Source: Candidatus Sumerlaeia bacterium
GTDB taxonomy: Bacteria > Sumerlaeota > Sumerlaeia > SLMS01
NCBI GenBank assembly: GCA_038208905.1
Contig: JBBQYG010000050.1
Coordinates: 1 to 25,229, forward strand
Direction: 5' to 3'
Length of the DNA: 25,229 nt
Both the position numbers and the translations under genes were made by a program. Position 1 is the first letter of the stretch. Each line of letters starts with the position of its first letter. Below the pieces are notes generated by a model. It ran no database searches and was not told where the DNA came from. It was given only the letters and a program-made list of their open reading frames with translations. Below, piece by piece: positions 24,904-25,229 of the stretch.

Positions 24904-25229
24904 ATGCCTTCGATCCTGATCGCCGAAGATGAAGAACGCATGCGGCGGCTGTTGGGGATGCTTCTGGGCAATCGCGGCCACGAGTTGATTCTCTGCGCGG
25001 ATGGGGAGGAAGCCCTCGCGAAGTTCGACGAGCGCCCCGCCGACATCGTGATCACCGACCTTCGGCTGCCCAAGGTTTCGGGCCTCGAAGTGGTCCAGGG
25101 AATCGCCCGCCGCTCGCCGGAAACTCCCATCATCGTCATGACCGCCTACGGCTCCATCGAATCGGCGGTGGAGGCGATGCAGCAGGGCGCCACCGACTAC
25201 GTAACCAAGCCTTTCGAGGAAGCCCGGAT
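24904..25229 (+). CDS. Response regulator receiver domain, NtrC/AtoC type (probably a sigma54 activator); runs off the window
   Basis: Translated by hand: MPSILIAEDEERMRRLLGMLL...DIVITDLRLPKVSGLEVV...IIVMTAYGSIESAVEAMQQGATDYVTKPFEE. TAYGSIESAVEAM is typical of NtrC-family receivers; the AAA+ domain is not visible here. Confidence 0.88.
   Translation, partial: MPSILIAEDEERMRRLLGMLLGNRGHELILCADGEEALAKFDERPADIVITDLRLPKVSGLEVVQGIARRSPETPIIVMTAYGSIESAVEAMQQGATDYVTKPFEEAR

Overview
High-GC bacterial chromosomal window made mostly of housekeeping and cell-envelope genes, with no integrase, transposase, CRISPR array, tRNA or rRNA visible. In order: a GT-C (PMT_2/ArnT-like) glycosyltransferase cut by the window edge; the RNase P RNA (rnpB); a vWA-XdhC-small membrane ORF operon; a 1254-aa membrane-anchored protein with CarboxypepD_reg-like repeats; a collapsed pseudogene; phoBR-like genes; an operon of a cohesin-like secreted protein, smpB and a HEAT protein; a PpiD-like chaperone; a DUF4912 protein; a 6S RNA; a YfhO-like GT-C protein; a two-gene module (secreted fibre/beta-helix protein plus a tiny secreted partner ending in ENWxxY); an FG-GAP repeat protein; two small hypotheticals; and the start of an NtrC-like regulator. 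The best leads for something undescribed are the fibre plus small-partner module (19784-21487), an orphan structured element with a 13-bp repeat beside the rnpB promoter (1257-1414), and a structured leader that could compete with 6S RNA folding (16788-16880). A Candidatus Sumerlaeota/BRC1-like origin is a tentative inference only. All family calls come from motif recognition by eye; no searches were run.
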